A DNA stretch of 29,434 nt from a virus. This document shows positions 16,442-27,359 of the stretch, piece by piece; the stretch's first letter is position 1; every line of letters starts with the position of its first letter. The stretch is taken from the UHGV virus genome UHGV-0114363; one strand, given 5' to 3'. Position numbers and translations under genes: made by a program. The notes beneath the pieces were generated by a model. The model did not search any database. It was not told where the DNA came from and saw nothing but the letters and a program-made list of their open reading frames with translations.

Positions 16442-16676
16442 TGGCCGCTCTCCATTTATCTACCCGGGCGTCGTTATCCTCGCGCATGTCGAGGTAGTCA
16501 TTGAGAAGCGCGATGCGGCAAAGGTCTACCGCACCGCTGTTAAGGTCTTTCTGGTCGATATGGAAGGCAAGCGCCGGGCGAAGAATAAAATCTTCACCGC
16601 CCGGCAGGCTGTTGAAGGTTATTCCGCTGGCGGGGTGGGCGTCTCGCTGGTAGGGAGTCCTTGCAAAAAATTTCCC
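16431..16676 (-). CDS. -1 frame extension of the tail assembly chaperone (putative programmed frameshift product, G/GT-like)
   Basis: Overlapping slippery heptamers GGGAAAT / AAATTTT / TTTTTTG at 16664-16676 (minus sense) near the chaperone 3' end; hand translation shows the -1 frame stays open about 80 codons with protein-like sequence (ITFNSLPGGEDFILRPALAFHIDQKDLNSGAVDLCRIALLNDYLDMREDNDARVDKWRAANER) to a stop overlapping the tape-measure ATG. Confidence 0.55.
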   Translation of the reverse strand, partial: GKFFARTPYQRDAHPASGITFNSLPGGEDFILRPALAFHIDQKDLNSGAVDLCRIALLNDYLDMREDNDARVDKWRAANER

Positions 16677-17044
16677 AGCGAGTCGGCGACCACCCGCGCC
16701 ACCAGTTGCAGCATGGTAAGCAGGTCGATATCGTCAAACGCCATTTCGCCATGCTGGCAGACCGGCACCCAGCCTTTCATGTGCTCGCGTGAAACAACGG
16801 AAAGGCAGGGGAACAGGATAGCGTCAACGTCGCCATCGCTCAGAGCGGACACAGCATTGGCAATCTTTGGCAGGATGGTAGCCATCGCGCCTTCGGTGTC
16901 TTTGCTGCTGATCTTCTCCTGAACGCTCCGGAAGTCAGAAACCATCCCGGCCAGCACCGGCAACAGCTTTCGGGACACCTTCAGCTGTTCGAAAACGCTG
17001 AGCTTTGCGGTGCGATATTTCACGCCTTTAATTTCGAATTCCAT
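16619..17044 (-). CDS. Tail assembly chaperone
   Basis: 141-aa protein between tube and tape measure genes with the frameshift signal at its 3' end. Confidence 0.7.
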   Translation of the reverse strand: MEFEIKGVKYRTAKLSVFEQLKVSRKLLPVLAGMVSDFRSVQEKISSKDTEGAMATILPKIANAVSALSDGDVDAILFPCLSVVSREHMKGWVPVCQHGEMAFDDIDLLTMLQLVARVVADSLGNFLQGLPTSETPTPPAE

Positions 17045-17047
17045 GCG

Positions 17048-17488
17048 TTAAAACTCCCCGAGCAGCTGGTCAATCTTGCCGCAATCGAATACCCAGGCTA
17101 CGGTTCCGCCCTCTTTGGCGTTATTGAAATCAGGCTGTTTCTGGAATGCACACGAACGCGCAGTAGAAATATCACCCGATGCCGTGTTGCGAATGACGAT
17201 CACGTTATTGCCCCAGGTGGCAGAGGACTGGCTTTGCGCGTTATACGCCAGAGACAGCTTTTTATTCACCGGGGAGGTTTTGAGTAGCGTCACCGTAATG
17301 GTGCCTGACTTATCGGCGTGCAGGCTGTGCATCACCTCGCCGTCGGCACCGATGGTCATGGTGTTTTTGTTGCCGCCCATGGTCTGGGTGATACCTTCCT
17401 CAGAGTTCGCAGAACCCTGACCAAGATCGATAACGCCGGTCGGCCCGGTGAGCGACGCGGTTACATCGAGAAAAGAATAAGTTGCCAT
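17048..17488 (-). CDS. Tail tube protein
   Basis: 146-aa protein directly after the sheath gene; N-terminus MATYSFLDVTASLTGPTG typical of contractile-tail tube proteins. Confidence 0.6.
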   Translation of the reverse strand: MATYSFLDVTASLTGPTGVIDLGQGSANSEEGITQTMGGNKNTMTIGADGEVMHSLHADKSGTITVTLLKTSPVNKKLSLAYNAQSQSSATWGNNVIVIRNTASGDISTARSCAFQKQPDFNNAKEGGTVAWVFDCGKIDQLLGEF

Positions 17489-17498
17489 TTATCGCTCC

Positions 17499-18659
17499 TT
17501 AGCGAACCACGTTGATCTGCACATCGGCGTAATGAACTGCGCCAGCCAGCTTACAAGCCACCTGGATTAACGGCGCTTTGCGTGCTTCTCGGTCAGCCTG
17601 TGCTTGCTCGGAAAGAGGTTGCGCATACACGTAATAACCTTTTGTCAGCGTATCGCCGGAATTCAGTTGCCCGATAGGGCCACCATTCCACACGCCAGCC
17701 GCTACCAGACCGTTCGTGACGGACTGATCCATGGACTGTTCAACGTTGGAAAGCAGACGGGTCACACCGGCATCAGTCTGCGGAATTTTGGTGGTGCTGG
17801 TGTAAAGCAGGTTATAGAGGTTGGTCTGAACGTAGTTCTGCAACCAGTCGAGCCCGTGGCGCTCGTCGAAGAAGTCACCGTTCGCCATGACACCCTGTTG
17901 CAGGATCGCCGTGTCGTTGGCGTAGTACACGAACACGTTCGCATTCTTCGCATCCACAGCCGCCGCCTGTCCTACCGTCAGCGTTTCGTAGGTTACGCTC
18001 GGTTCCTGTTTGAATTTCAGGGTAATGGTGGTATTGCTGCCGTTGAAATTGACAGTAAACGCGCGACCGAAAGCTGAAACCGCCGCATAAGGGCTGCTGG
18101 TGGAATATTGAATAAAGGTACGGGAATACTTACCGGCCTTTAATTTAGACGCAACATCGGTCGTCGAAGTCGTGCTGATGATCTCAGCGTCGGCTGACGT
18201 TACCCCGAAAATGCGGCTCAGGCTGGACGCTTCGATGAGTTTAGCAACCTCAATCACGTCGTCAGCATCAAGCACATCATCGCCATCAGCAACATCATCA
18301 GCGACAACCAGCCCATACCAGTTGGTATACTGCAGGCAGGCATTAACAGCTTGCACGATGGTTTCCACGCTTCCACCTTCGGAAGAGGTCAGCGTCTTCG
18401 CCCAGCGGCCAACATAAACCTGCGTCGGCTTCGGCGACTGGCTGAAGAAAACCTGCGCCGCTTCATATTCCGGGCTGTCGACTCCGAAGTCCTCGCCAAT
18501 GTCCTCAACGGACGCATAAAGGCGAACGCGCTCCTGCACCGGAATGACAGTGGAAGAACCGAGGATCAGCAGTGCGCCGAAGTTACGACCAGTAGCCGCT
18601 TTCGGCGAGATGATCACATCAACGTTTACAACGTTGGATACAGGTAAGCCCTGCGTCAT
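17499..18659 (-). CDS. Tail sheath protein
   Basis: 386-aa protein directly upstream of the tube gene in canonical order. Confidence 0.65.
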   Translation of the reverse strand: MTQGLPVSNVVNVDVIISPKAATGRNFGALLILGSSTVIPVQERVRLYASVEDIGEDFGVDSPEYEAAQVFFSQSPKPTQVYVGRWAKTLTSSEGGSVETIVQAVNACLQYTNWYGLVVADDVADGDDVLDADDVIEVAKLIEASSLSRIFGVTSADAEIISTTSTTDVASKLKAGKYSRTFIQYSTSSPYAAVSAFGRAFTVNFNGSNTTITLKFKQEPSVTYETLTVGQAAAVDAKNANVFVYYANDTAILQQGVMANGDFFDERHGLDWLQNYVQTNLYNLLYTSTTKIPQTDAGVTRLLSNVEQSMDQSVTNGLVAAGVWNGGPIGQLNSGDTLTKGYYVYAQPLSEQAQADREARKAPLIQVACKLAGAVHYADVQINVVR

Positions 18660-18662
18660 AGT

Positions 18663-19226
18663 TTATTCTCCAAAAAAGGTGACTGGCGCTTCCACCAGCG
18701 ATTTAATGCCGTACTCGCGCACGACCTTCCGGCGCAGGCGCACCGTCATGTCGTAGCGGCGAACCCATTGCTGGTTGATAAGTTCGGGGAAAGGGGTCAG
18801 ACCGGTATAGTCGCCCAGAGACAAACCAAGCGCGTTCAGCTCAGCATTGTTTTGCGGGACAGATATGCCATCGCGAAAACGGGACGCATAAGACATACCA
18901 GCCGGGCCATAGAACGACGCCATGCACTCGAACGTTTCATGCCGCCAGAGCTGAGCGCCCTCGTCGGTCTGATTGGTGAATGCAGGGTTGTTATCAATGA
19001 GCAACCCGGTAACGCCAAACGCGCACCAGTTCGTTTCAACGGGTGGCAGTGGCGGCTGATTTTTCTGCCAGCGCGGACGAACCATTCCAGACGGCAAGCC
19101 GGAAACATTGCGCATCCACTGGCTTAACAGCCTGTCTAGCGCTTCGTCATAATCCGGATCGCCGCTGGTGGGTGTCAGCCAGCCGCGCTCTGTGCTGGTG
19201 TTATTGCTCAACGGGAGTTCCCCCAT
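18663..19226 (-). CDS. Virion structural protein (neck/tail completion region)
   Basis: Conserved position between head-completion genes and sheath; start at MGELPL (19226) chosen to limit overlap. Confidence 0.4.
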   Translation of the reverse strand: MGELPLSNNTSTERGWLTPTSGDPDYDEALDRLLSQWMRNVSGLPSGMVRPRWQKNQPPLPPVETNWCAFGVTGLLIDNNPAFTNQTDEGAQLWRHETFECMASFYGPAGMSYASRFRDGISVPQNNAELNALGLSLGDYTGLTPFPELINQQWVRRYDMTVRLRRKVVREYGIKSLVEAPVTFFGE

Positions 19227-19590
19227 CAAACGGCAGTAATTCGCAATGTGCCTGGACGAAGCCAGCACCGTAAGCCGTGTACGGGTCAACGAATGTCACA
19301 CGATAATCACGGTTCTGGTACGTCACGATATCGGCGTCACGGCCAGTCTGCCCCTGCGTCAGCCGCTCAGTTGTCACGATGAGAATCGCGCCACTGATAA
19401 CCTGGCCGGACTGCATACGTCGGTTTTCCAGGGAGCGGTCAACAGTAACATCCCCGGCAAACTGCTTTTTAACTTCACTGTCGCTGCCGATCCCGTCCTC
19501 ATCCACCGTTTGCACTCGGCGTGTTACCCACAAATTGAAGTCGCAAAAATCGGGGTCAAAAAGCACGTCTGTTACATCAAGATTCGGCAT
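19201..19590 (-). CDS. Virion structural protein (head-tail joining region)
   Basis: 129-aa ORF tightly coupled to neighbours. Confidence 0.4.
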   Translation of the reverse strand: MPNLDVTDVLFDPDFCDFNLWVTRRVQTVDEDGIGSDSEVKKQFAGDVTVDRSLENRRMQSGQVISGAILIVTTERLTQGQTGRDADIVTYQNRDYRVTFVDPYTAYGAGFVQAHCELLPFDGGTPVEQ

Positions 19591-20131
19591 CTTTATCCCT
19601 CACAACATGGGTAATGGCTCTGCGATATTGCCCGGTGTCGATTAGTGGTTTCACCAGATCGGTTCCGGGGGACTCACCAGCAGCGCGCCGCGCAAGTTCC
19701 TCTTTTGCCCCTTTGCGCCCACGGCGTGCGCGTGCTTCAACGGTGCTATCAGCAAGCGGTGTAAAGCCGGTAATGGTCATGTAACGCCTGACGCCATTCG
19801 CGGCCAGCGTTCCGGCGCGGTTAAGCGCTCTTTCCGCACCCGCCGCATTTCCATCAAGCGCAGCCTGCGCCGCTGCTTTGAGCTGCGGCACCGTCTGTTC
19901 CTCTACGGATTTAACGCCGGGGATCAGGTGCGGGCGTGGGGGTATGTTTTGCGCTGGTGAGCCGTATTCGTTGACGTAACCGATCCCGGCATTACCAAAC
20001 GGAACATCCTCACGCTCGCTGTCTTCTTCCGGGATGCCCACCAGCACATCCTTTTTGGTTAGCGACCGGAGCGCATCCAGAATGGCCTGAGCGTTATCAA
20101 CCCTCGTTGTTACACCACTTTTGAAACTCAT
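19577..20131 (-). CDS. Virion structural protein (head-tail joining region)
   Basis: 184-aa ORF with ATGA overlap to the upstream gene. Confidence 0.4.
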   Translation of the reverse strand: MSFKSGVTTRVDNAQAILDALRSLTKKDVLVGIPEEDSEREDVPFGNAGIGYVNEYGSPAQNIPPRPHLIPGVKSVEEQTVPQLKAAAQAALDGNAAGAERALNRAGTLAANGVRRYMTITGFTPLADSTVEARARRGRKGAKEELARRAAGESPGTDLVKPLIDTGQYRRAITHVVRDKDAES

Positions 20132-20535
20132 AGCTGGCGACCGCCCGCACCGAACATCGTGATCAGCTGATAAAATTCAGCGCCATATCGGGTGTTATTC
20201 CAGAAGCCTGCGTCAGGGTTTAGCGTCGCGCTGGTGTCATAGCTGACGCTTACCTTGTCAACGGACTTGGAGGACTGAACACCATTGGTTGAGCCACCCG
20301 GGCCGCCGACGAGCATTGCCCGGCTATCTGCCGCCCAGAGCGTCATGTAGTGAGCCACGAACAACTCGACAAAGTACGGAAACAACTCTTTGCCGGTGAC
20401 GTTTTCGCTCAGCAGCACATCAGCCAGATTCAGACGAAACTGGATTTGTGCTTCGGGATATTTGGCAGGGTCAGCAAACTGTGGAAAGTCGCGCCGAAAA
20501 TCACTTACTGTTGGCAGGCTTTGATTCTTTGGCAT
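20128..20535 (-). CDS. DUF4054-like phage protein (head completion/neck)
   Basis: [64 protein letters not shown] resembles the DUF4054 pattern (recollection); start taken at MPKNQSL. Confidence 0.45.
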   Translation of the reverse strand: MPKNQSLPTVSDFRRDFPQFADPAKYPEAQIQFRLNLADVLLSENVTGKELFPYFVELFVAHYMTLWAADSRAMLVGGPGGSTNGVQSSKSVDKVSVSYDTSATLNPDAGFWNNTRYGAEFYQLITMFGAGGRQL

Positions 20536-20890
20536 CTTTCGCCCCATTACCGCCAGTCTGGGCGGCAGCAATCTGCGCTTGCAGGCTGTCGTTCTGCTCT
20601 TGCAGCTTGAGCAGCGCTTCTCGCAGATCGGCAATCAACTGATCTTTATCGATAATCTGCTTATCTTTGTCGGCAATCTGAGCTTGCAGGCTGTCGATAA
20701 TGGGTTGCAGATCATCGGTGTCGCTAATCACGCTTTCGGAAAGCTCGGAGTGCGCCTGGGTGAACCAGTGCGACGCGACCTCTTCCGGTACGTTATGCCG
20801 TCCCCGGCCAAACTCCCTTTTTGACTGATCGCCGAGCGTCAGCGTAAACGGGGTGTGAACATGGATGGTAACCAGCTTTTCTTTCGCCAT
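20501..20890 (-). CDS. Coiled-coil protein downstream of the major capsid gene
   Basis: 129 aa with repetitive Q/A/D/K-rich heptad-like segment ([44 protein letters not shown]); overlaps the next gene by about 35 nt. Confidence 0.4.
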   Translation of the reverse strand: MAKEKLVTIHVHTPFTLTLGDQSKREFGRGRHNVPEEVASHWFTQAHSELSESVISDTDDLQPIIDSLQAQIADKDKQIIDKDQLIADLREALLKLQEQNDSLQAQIAAAQTGGNGAKDAKESKPANSK

Positions 20891-20931
20891 TTTCAGTTCC
20901 CTTCTGGCCCCTTTCGGGGCCGTTCTGGTTA

Positions 20932-21873
20932 TCAGATACCGTCCACGTAGGACAGGGTTTCTTTGTACACTGGCTCAACCGCACCGAGCTTGCCGTAGTA
21001 GGTCGCAATCTGATACAGACCGCGATACTGGACAGGAACGCTCTGCAACGGCACCAGCGGATAGCGCACGTATTTCTTGTCGTTGGTGTAGGCGATCATA
21101 CGGTCTTTACCGCCAACCCCACGCCCTTTCAGCCATTTGACCGCTTTGATTTCAAGCGGAACGCCGTTCTGGTGGAAAGCGATAGTGTTCACAGCCAGAT
21201 AGGTCAGCAGTGACTGGTTACCCGCTTCGGAAACCTTACGGCTCGCCAGCAGTGAATACTGCTCTGGCGGAATGCGCAGATCAGAAGGCACGATGGAATA
21301 ACCGGATGCTGCCCAGGCATTAGACAGAATGCTGTTCACGCTATCGAGGATCTCGTCGTTGGTTGAGTTCGCCCAGGTCTTCGGCGCGTTGTTCAGCGTC
21401 ACACCGACGAGGTTTGCCAGACCTTTCAGGCCGAGTGCGTCATCACCGATGTAAACCTGCTCGTCGTTGTCCATCTGCCATTTGAGCTGCATCCCGTCGT
21501 ACTTCTGGGTATCAATCGGGCGGCCTACCTGCTGAGCAGCTGCCAGCTCTACAACGGTCCAGCCCAGTTCCATACCCCAGAGGTTCAGTGGATTGCCGTC
21601 TTTGCTGATATCCACGTTCACGCCAGCAATAGCGGTGGAGTCTTTGCCTACCCAGTTTTTACCATTCGGATTTGCACCAGTACCCGCAGCGGCGAAGCTG
21701 GTATTCGTCCAGCTGGAAATGTCATCTGCGATAGACACGTCTTCACGCAGTTGAATATCTCGGGTCCAGGTGTACCCCACCAGAGGCAGGTTCAGCGTCT
21801 GGTCGAGTCGCTCCAGCTCCCCGATGAGAAAGGCACCGGAGCTATCTACGGTTGCCTGATCAAAAGTAATCAT
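20932..21873 (-). CDS. Major capsid protein
   Basis: 313-aa protein in canonical position after scaffold/protease-like and decoration-like genes. Confidence 0.6.
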   Translation of the reverse strand: MITFDQATVDSSGAFLIGELERLDQTLNLPLVGYTWTRDIQLREDVSIADDISSWTNTSFAAAGTGANPNGKNWVGKDSTAIAGVNVDISKDGNPLNLWGMELGWTVVELAAAQQVGRPIDTQKYDGMQLKWQMDNDEQVYIGDDALGLKGLANLVGVTLNNAPKTWANSTNDEILDSVNSILSNAWAASGYSIVPSDLRIPPEQYSLLASRKVSEAGNQSLLTYLAVNTIAFHQNGVPLEIKAVKWLKGRGVGGKDRMIAYTNDKKYVRYPLVPLQSVPVQYRGLYQIATYYGKLGAVEPVYKETLSYVDGI

Positions 21874-21884
21874 TTGTCTGTTCC

Positions 21885-22388
21885 TTAAATCTTCCAGGAG
21901 ATTTCTACATTGCCGTTAGCGTCACCGGCCCCTGTGAATTCGGCGTTGGTCAGCGCCACGTTTTTGCCACTGACGGACGTGGACATGAAGCCGCCCAGCG
22001 GCACTTTTATGGATTCATCAGTGGAGACGACAACGTATACCGGGTCGCCTTTTTTGATGGTGCTGGCATCAAAATCAGAACCGAGATTAACGGTCATGTA
22101 GCCACGCTTCATGGCGTCACCCGGGAAGTTCTTATCCGTCCCCACCTGGCGAACCATGTCTGGCTGCGATGTGGTCGGATACGGACGAACGTAGATCCCC
22201 TTCACCTTGTCGGCGGTGTCACCGTCCGCCAGCGGCACGAAAAAGCCGTCAGCGTCATATTTGCCAGCCAGACCATAGGCAGCGAAGGCGTTAGCGGATT
22301 TAAGGATCACCGGTTCGACGGTTAAGTCCTGCGGGCGAGAGATAGCCCCGGCAATGCCAACAGGCATCCGGTACAGATATGCAGTCAT
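21885..22388 (-). CDS. Head protein (decoration or scaffold-associated)
   Basis: 167-aa ORF between scaffold-like and capsid genes. Confidence 0.4.
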   Translation of the reverse strand: MTAYLYRMPVGIAGAISRPQDLTVEPVILKSANAFAAYGLAGKYDADGFFVPLADGDTADKVKGIYVRPYPTTSQPDMVRQVGTDKNFPGDAMKRGYMTVNLGSDFDASTIKKGDPVYVVVSTDESIKVPLGGFMSTSVSGKNVALTNAEFTGAGDANGNVEISWKI

Positions 22389-22392
22389 TGGA

Positions 22393-23625
22393 TTATCCTT
22401 TGCGGTTAGACCAGAAGTCGGCGTTTTGTTTGTTCAGGGAAGCGATGCTTGTCATGCCCATATTTGGACGTTGTGCATCGCCCGTGGTGCTGCGGGTGTT
22501 TCGCCCTTTGGCAATCTCTGACACGGCGTTAAACGCCATATCTACCGATTGCTTGGGCAATTTGCGGATATCCGCATCACCGACAACCTGGCGAACCAGT
22601 GTTTTGTCAGCGGCGGACAGCACATCACGTTTGAACGCGGTCGGTTTCACCTTACGGCTCAGATCGATACCCGGAACGATAACTTCGGCACGATAAGCAG
22701 CGTCACCGGTAATCGTGGTTTCCTCTTCGTCGTCCTCACCGTCGCCGGTAGGGTCTTTGTTATCTTTGCCGTCAGGCTTATCGTCGTTATCGCCCGTTGC
22801 AGTACCTTCCAGCTTAGCCAGCAGGGCTTTGAGCAAGGTTTTGATATCGTCCTCGCCGTCGCCGGTTGGCTCTCCGCCCATTTCCGGCTTTTTGTCCGGC
22901 AATGGTTGTTGCGGTGAAAGATTAATGTTGAGGTTAACGCCGCTCGGCAGATCCCCTTCATCGCCCGTTACCGCCGCTGGCGCAGAGTCCAGCAGTTCGT
23001 TCATGGTGTCAGCATCACCCGTTTTGATGGCCGTGCGCATGCGGGTCCACCAGCTTTTCTTTTGATTTGCCATTGTGTCTCTGTCTCCAATTGCACAACG
23101 ATTTCCGGCTCTGCCTTTAGGGACAAGAGCCACATGGTTTCCGGTAATATCGACCTGCTCGGCTTTTCCGGGTTCGGTCTGCTCGTACTCAGCGTCATAG
23201 CCGCACGACACTTCGCGCAGACCATCTTCGATCAGCTGAATGGCGCTTTCGTCTTTGACGATAAGGTCAGCCAGCATCAAATCAGACTGATCACCAGTCC
23301 CGCGCCGAACGTTCTGAAGATGCCCGACCGCAAGCTCTTTCCAGTTCTCGGGGTTGACCAGCCGCACATTCCCGTTTTCATCTTCAGGATGCAGGATCGT
23401 GATGCTCATCCCTTCGAATGAGGCGAGCGTGGCCGGATGGAATACCTGATCAGGAGAGCGCGTTACGACTATCTCGCCGAGCTTGTCGGGTTTGAGGTTT
23501 GGCAGATCGGCAGCGCCGTAAAGCTGCTTACCCGTTCGACCTATCGGCACGTCTTTGCACAGCAGCGAGCCGTCAGCCAGCTGATAACGGGTTTCCCCCA
23601 GCCGGGTATTGAAAAAATATTTCAT
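22393..23625 (-). CDS. Head scaffolding/protease-like protein with acidic low-complexity region
   Basis: 410 aa; central Asp/Glu/Gly/Lys-rich repeats (GDGEDD, DNDDKPDGKDNKD); position after the head morphogenesis gene. Confidence 0.5.
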   Translation of the reverse strand: MKYFFNTRLGETRYQLADGSLLCKDVPIGRTGKQLYGAADLPNLKPDKLGEIVVTRSPDQVFHPATLASFEGMSITILHPEDENGNVRLVNPENWKELAVGHLQNVRRGTGDQSDLMLADLIVKDESAIQLIEDGLREVSCGYDAEYEQTEPGKAEQVDITGNHVALVPKGRAGNRCAIGDRDTMANQKKSWWTRMRTAIKTGDADTMNELLDSAPAAVTGDEGDLPSGVNLNINLSPQQPLPDKKPEMGGEPTGDGEDDIKTLLKALLAKLEGTATGDNDDKPDGKDNKDPTGDGEDDEEETTITGDAAYRAEVIVPGIDLSRKVKPTAFKRDVLSAADKTLVRQVVGDADIRKLPKQSVDMAFNAVSEIAKGRNTRSTTGDAQRPNMGMTSIASLNKQNADFWSNRKG

Positions 23626-23639
23626 GGTTTACCTGCGAT

Positions 23640-24251
23640 TCAGGCGAGATAAGAATGAGGGTTGGGGAAGACGATTTCTTTGTAACAGCGGCAGTTCGGG
23701 AGCTCGCCAGCGTGACCGGTCATGCCGTCAAGCGTTGGAGGTCGGCCCCATTCGACAAACTTCCCTTCCATCTCCCGATGAGAATGCCGGACGTCGCCAT
23801 CTTCGGCTGTACGCCAGATATAACCATTCGAGCCGATTGACAGCGCACGCGCCTGATCCAGTGCACCGGTTGCGCGCCCAAGCTCAGTCCGGGCGATAAG
23901 GTTCGCTCGTGAGCGTGACACGTCACCGGAAGCAGCTATCTCTTTCGCGAATGGCTCAGCGCGGCCACCAGTTACTACAGCCTCGATGGCCTTGTTCTGA
24001 ATGTCATACACCCGATCGGCGGCCTCAAGAGGCAGAGATTTGATGTACTTAATTTGCTCGGCGACGATGGATTTCATCACCTGGCCTACCGGGGCGCGGT
24101 CGACCATGTTGCGTAGTTCTGCGCTGATGTTCCGGCTGTGCTGACGCCACTGCTTTTCATTCTGGCGCGCAATGTCGGCGGTGAAGCTCTCAGCAACCTT
24201 AGTCGCCCAGGGGGTGATGATTTCGCTGTAGCGCTCCAGCGCATCCATTAT
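23640..24251 (-). CDS. Head morphogenesis protein (Mu F / SPP1 gp7 family)
   Basis: C-terminal YIWRTAEDGDVRHSHREMEGKFVEW is the characteristic F-like motif; start placed at MDALERY (24251), just downstream of the portal stop. Confidence 0.65.
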   Translation of the reverse strand: MMDALERYSEIITPWATKVAESFTADIARQNEKQWRQHSRNISAELRNMVDRAPVGQVMKSIVAEQIKYIKSLPLEAADRVYDIQNKAIEAVVTGGRAEPFAKEIAASGDVSRSRANLIARTELGRATGALDQARALSIGSNGYIWRTAEDGDVRHSHREMEGKFVEWGRPPTLDGMTGHAGELPNCRCYKEIVFPNPHSYLA

Positions 24252-24261
24252 TTCGGTGACG

Positions 24262-25731
24262 CTATCGTTTGAACCATCGTAGCGACCATTTACGATATCC
24301 CCGACCGCCCGCGCTATCTGCCGTAGGCTCGTTCGATATCGGATCTCCGCCTGGCGGCTCTGGCGGTTTGTCGCCAAGTTCGCCGATGCCTGGCGGCGCT
24401 TCGTCTTCGGCATTCTCGATATCCTCGTCGGTAATGGATGCCCCGATGCCGGTGACGTCAGAGTTTTCGCGCAGGTCGGTCATCGCCGCCTTACGCGTCA
24501 TCAATCCGTCGCCCAGCGCGGTACTGATCGCGTTGGTGGTGTTTACGGCCACCGTTGATCGGTCAACGTCTGACATTTGCCATAGCGGGTTAAACTCAAA
24601 CGTGAAATCGTCCGGCAGCGGCTTTCCGAGTTCCGAGCGGTGCATAATGTCCAGTATCCGGCGCATCGGCAACCGTAAGCGGCGCTCCTGCAATGAGCTC
24701 ACCCGGTCGTAATAGTTGGCGAGGTCTGCATCACCAGTAGAGAAGCCTTTCGGGGATTGACCGAACAGGCGGACCAGCGGGATACCAACGGCACCGCTGA
24801 TCTGCTCAGCAAACTGCGAAAGAATGTCATCCAGACCACTAAAGCTGTACTGGTGGGTTTCGAACTTATCCCGCGAGTCCATGAGCGTCATACCTTCATT
24901 GCTCTGGAACTGGCGGATCAGGTCGATGTTCTTCAGCAACGCTTCGAACGCCGGGCCTCCAAGCGCGATAAGCTCGCGCAACTTCTCCACGCTATAGGTA
25001 CGCAGATGCGCTTTATAGACCAGCTGCGCCGCGCCGACAGTAGCGCTATCGAACGCAGTAAGCCGATCCCAGATACGCTCTACAACCGACATTCCCCATT
25101 CGTTTTCGGTCATCTTCTGCTGGAATGGCAGCGTGACGCCATCAAAGCGGATCAGGCGGCTGTGATGGATGCGCCAGGCCGGAATGCCCGTTGCGGTGGT
25201 CACCACGTCGTAAAACTCAGGCTTGCCGAGGTCCGGCCCCATCTCTTTAATGCGGCGTGTCAGCACCGGGTTAATCATCCAGCGGTCGAGCGGGAGAATG
25301 CCCTTAAACTTGCCCTCGCCAATGGTTTCGAGTCGCAGCGGGGTCATTGGTGCCTGCCCCTCGATCATGATGAAGCCGACCGCGCCGCCGTAGAGGCGCG
25401 ACCATTTCAGCACGTCGTTCAGCGCATCCCAGATCTGCAACTCATCCAGTTGCGCTTCGAGGGTGCCACGGTCTTTGGCGTCAATCTCCGAAGTGATGCG
25501 AATGCCCTTTCGGGTCATATCGTCCGGGATAGCGTCGACCGCTTCACCGATAACCCACGAACCGCGATATGACCATTCCACCAGCATGCGGTTGCGGCTG
25601 GTGAAGTTCGCCCGGTAGGTCGATGCTGAATGCTGGTTAGGCGTCTGCATCCCAACGCGGGCGACTAAGTTCTCGTAGCCGTCAGCGGTGGCCTGTGCCG
25701 TTCGCTGAGAGGATTGCTTGTTTCGTGCCAT
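24262..25731 (-). CDS. Portal protein
   Basis: 489-aa protein immediately after the large terminase (ATGA-type overlap at 25731) and before the F-like gene. Confidence 0.75.
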   Translation of the reverse strand: MARNKQSSQRTAQATADGYENLVARVGMQTPNQHSASTYRANFTSRNRMLVEWSYRGSWVIGEAVDAIPDDMTRKGIRITSEIDAKDRGTLEAQLDELQIWDALNDVLKWSRLYGGAVGFIMIEGQAPMTPLRLETIGEGKFKGILPLDRWMINPVLTRRIKEMGPDLGKPEFYDVVTTATGIPAWRIHHSRLIRFDGVTLPFQQKMTENEWGMSVVERIWDRLTAFDSATVGAAQLVYKAHLRTYSVEKLRELIALGGPAFEALLKNIDLIRQFQSNEGMTLMDSRDKFETHQYSFSGLDDILSQFAEQISGAVGIPLVRLFGQSPKGFSTGDADLANYYDRVSSLQERRLRLPMRRILDIMHRSELGKPLPDDFTFEFNPLWQMSDVDRSTVAVNTTNAISTALGDGLMTRKAAMTDLRENSDVTGIGASITDEDIENAEDEAPPGIGELGDKPPEPPGGDPISNEPTADSAGGRGYRKWSLRWFKR

Positions 25732-27359
25732 CAGGCCTGTCTCCCTAGCAGCTCCCAGATGTTCAGGGCTGAATTCATTGGCGCGTAGCTGATCATCACC
25801 GAGTCGGCGAGGTTCGGCGACTTGGTGCCATCAGGCTGTTTATCAACAACGATTTTCCCCACGCCGTTAATGGAGTAGGTCGGCTGCGACAGCTCGATGA
25901 TGAGTTTGTCTTTGCTCGCCATGGCGCTGCTGATTGAGATGATTTCGTCCGGGTTGTAGGCCATGCCCTCAACCACGGCGCGATAGGTGTTCTGGAAAAG
26001 CTTGCGTAGCCACCACCAGCTCTGGGCCTTGGCGTTGGCGAAGAAGTCCTTGTTCAGGCGTGCGGCCTGTCCGTTGTCCCCGCGCACCGCTTCATCGTCC
26101 GGATCAAATACCGCGCCGCTACCACGAAACGGTGTGGCGAGTATTGACGGTCGGCGCGCAGCGTTACGCAGTTCGTTGATGGCGCGTGCATCGCCGCGAA
26201 CGCCAGCGCCCAGGCCGTCCTCGTCGAAGCGAAATTCTTCGAGGTTGTCCTGTTCGCAAAAGCCGAAGACCTTCTCAACGGACTGGTAAATGTCGCTGCC
26301 CACGCCGGACCATTCACGCACGTTCTCCAGAAGGAAGCCGTGACGGGTCGAAAAGGCATTTTTGTCCCGGCCTTCGTCGGCGACGTCCATCGCGCCCAGT
26401 CGCTTGCCCGTTGGCTGAATACCAAGTTTGATATGCGCGTCGACGGCAGCCTGTACCCAGTCGGACGGGATCAGGACGCCTTCCGCAGATGCGCTGTAGT
26501 TCAGGTCAAGTTCCTGCGCCACCACCACCGGATTGTCGATTTTCTCGCACTCCCTGCGATACCACTCTTCATCCTTGCGAGGATCATCCCGCCAGTGGAA
26601 TGTGAATACCGGTATCTTCCCGCCGTGACGCTTCTGCGCGAACGGGTTCGCCATGCCATTAACCGAGCTCAGGTCAATACGGCAACGGGTGGTTTGCGAC
26701 AGCGCCGCATCAATCAACAGAGGACGCTGGAGGAATGCAGCTTCATCCACCAGGTAGAGCGTGGTACGGTCACCACGACCGATATTGTCGCCAGCCTCGC
26801 CTTTGATGACCGCGCCAGTATCGGGAAACTCAACGCGCATATACGGCGCATGCTTCTTCTCGTCCCACGAACCACGAAACTCGATGGGCAGTGTTTCCAC
26901 GAACTTTCGCGCCTTCCAGAACAGCGCCTTCGGGTCACCGGTGCTGTCGACGTATTCCTCTTTACGGGAGCCGAAACCGATAACCATTTCTTTGTTGAAG
27001 AGACAAAGCGAGCAGGCCAGCCCGATCGCGGTCCAACTGAGCCCCATTTCGCGGCTCTTTTCGGTGATGCCGTTCTCCAGTCGTTCGCGCCGCTCCATGA
27101 TCCAGTGAATCCACTCTTCCTGTTTCGGGAACAGCAGAAAAGGGATGGTGACCGGCAGGCCATAATCGATGTTACGCGGGTCAGTAGTCATACCCCAGTC
27201 GATGATGAACTGTGCCGGGTTGGTGCGATAAAACTGCTTTAGCGCTGGCAGCATTTCAGGGTTCTGGCGAATGCGCTGTAAGCGCTCCATCCGCCATTCA
27301 AAAACCATCTGGTAATCAGGGTTTCTGAAATCGAATTCAAACGGGAGAGGCATGATCAC
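25731..27359 (-). CDS. Terminase large subunit
   Basis: ATPase motifs KSREMGLSW (terminase-type Walker A variant) and LYLVDEAAF (Walker B); 542 aa; overlaps the small-subunit-like gene (ATGA). Confidence 0.85.
   Translation of the reverse strand: MIMPLPFEFDFRNPDYQMVFEWRMERLQRIRQNPEMLPALKQFYRTNPAQFIIDWGMTTDPRNIDYGLPVTIPFLLFPKQEEWIHWIMERRERLENGITEKSREMGLSWTAIGLACSLCLFNKEMVIGFGSRKEEYVDSTGDPKALFWKARKFVETLPIEFRGSWDEKKHAPYMRVEFPDTGAVIKGEAGDNIGRGDRTTLYLVDEAAFLQRPLLIDAALSQTTRCRIDLSSVNGMANPFAQKRHGGKIPVFTFHWRDDPRKDEEWYRRECEKIDNPVVVAQELDLNYSASAEGVLIPSDWVQAAVDAHIKLGIQPTGKRLGAMDVADEGRDKNAFSTRHGFLLENVREWSGVGSDIYQSVEKVFGFCEQDNLEEFRFDEDGLGAGVRGDARAINELRNAARRPSILATPFRGSGAVFDPDDEAVRGDNGQAARLNKDFFANAKAQSWWWLRKLFQNTYRAVVEGMAYNPDEIISISSAMASKDKLIIELSQPTYSINGVGKIVVDKQPDGTKSPNLADSVMISYAPMNSALNIWELLGRQA

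Noticed and set aside
24757-25572. 271-aa plus-strand ORF inside the portal gene
   Set aside because: Antisense to the portal gene; no start-site signals; composition typical of a shadow ORF.
26340-27242. 300-aa plus-strand ORF (also 25987-26289, 26186-26431, 26761-27108) inside the terminase large subunit region
   Set aside because: Antisense to a well-supported minus-strand gene with clear ATPase motifs; Arg/Pro/Ser-rich composition typical of spurious antisense frames in GC-rich coding DNA.
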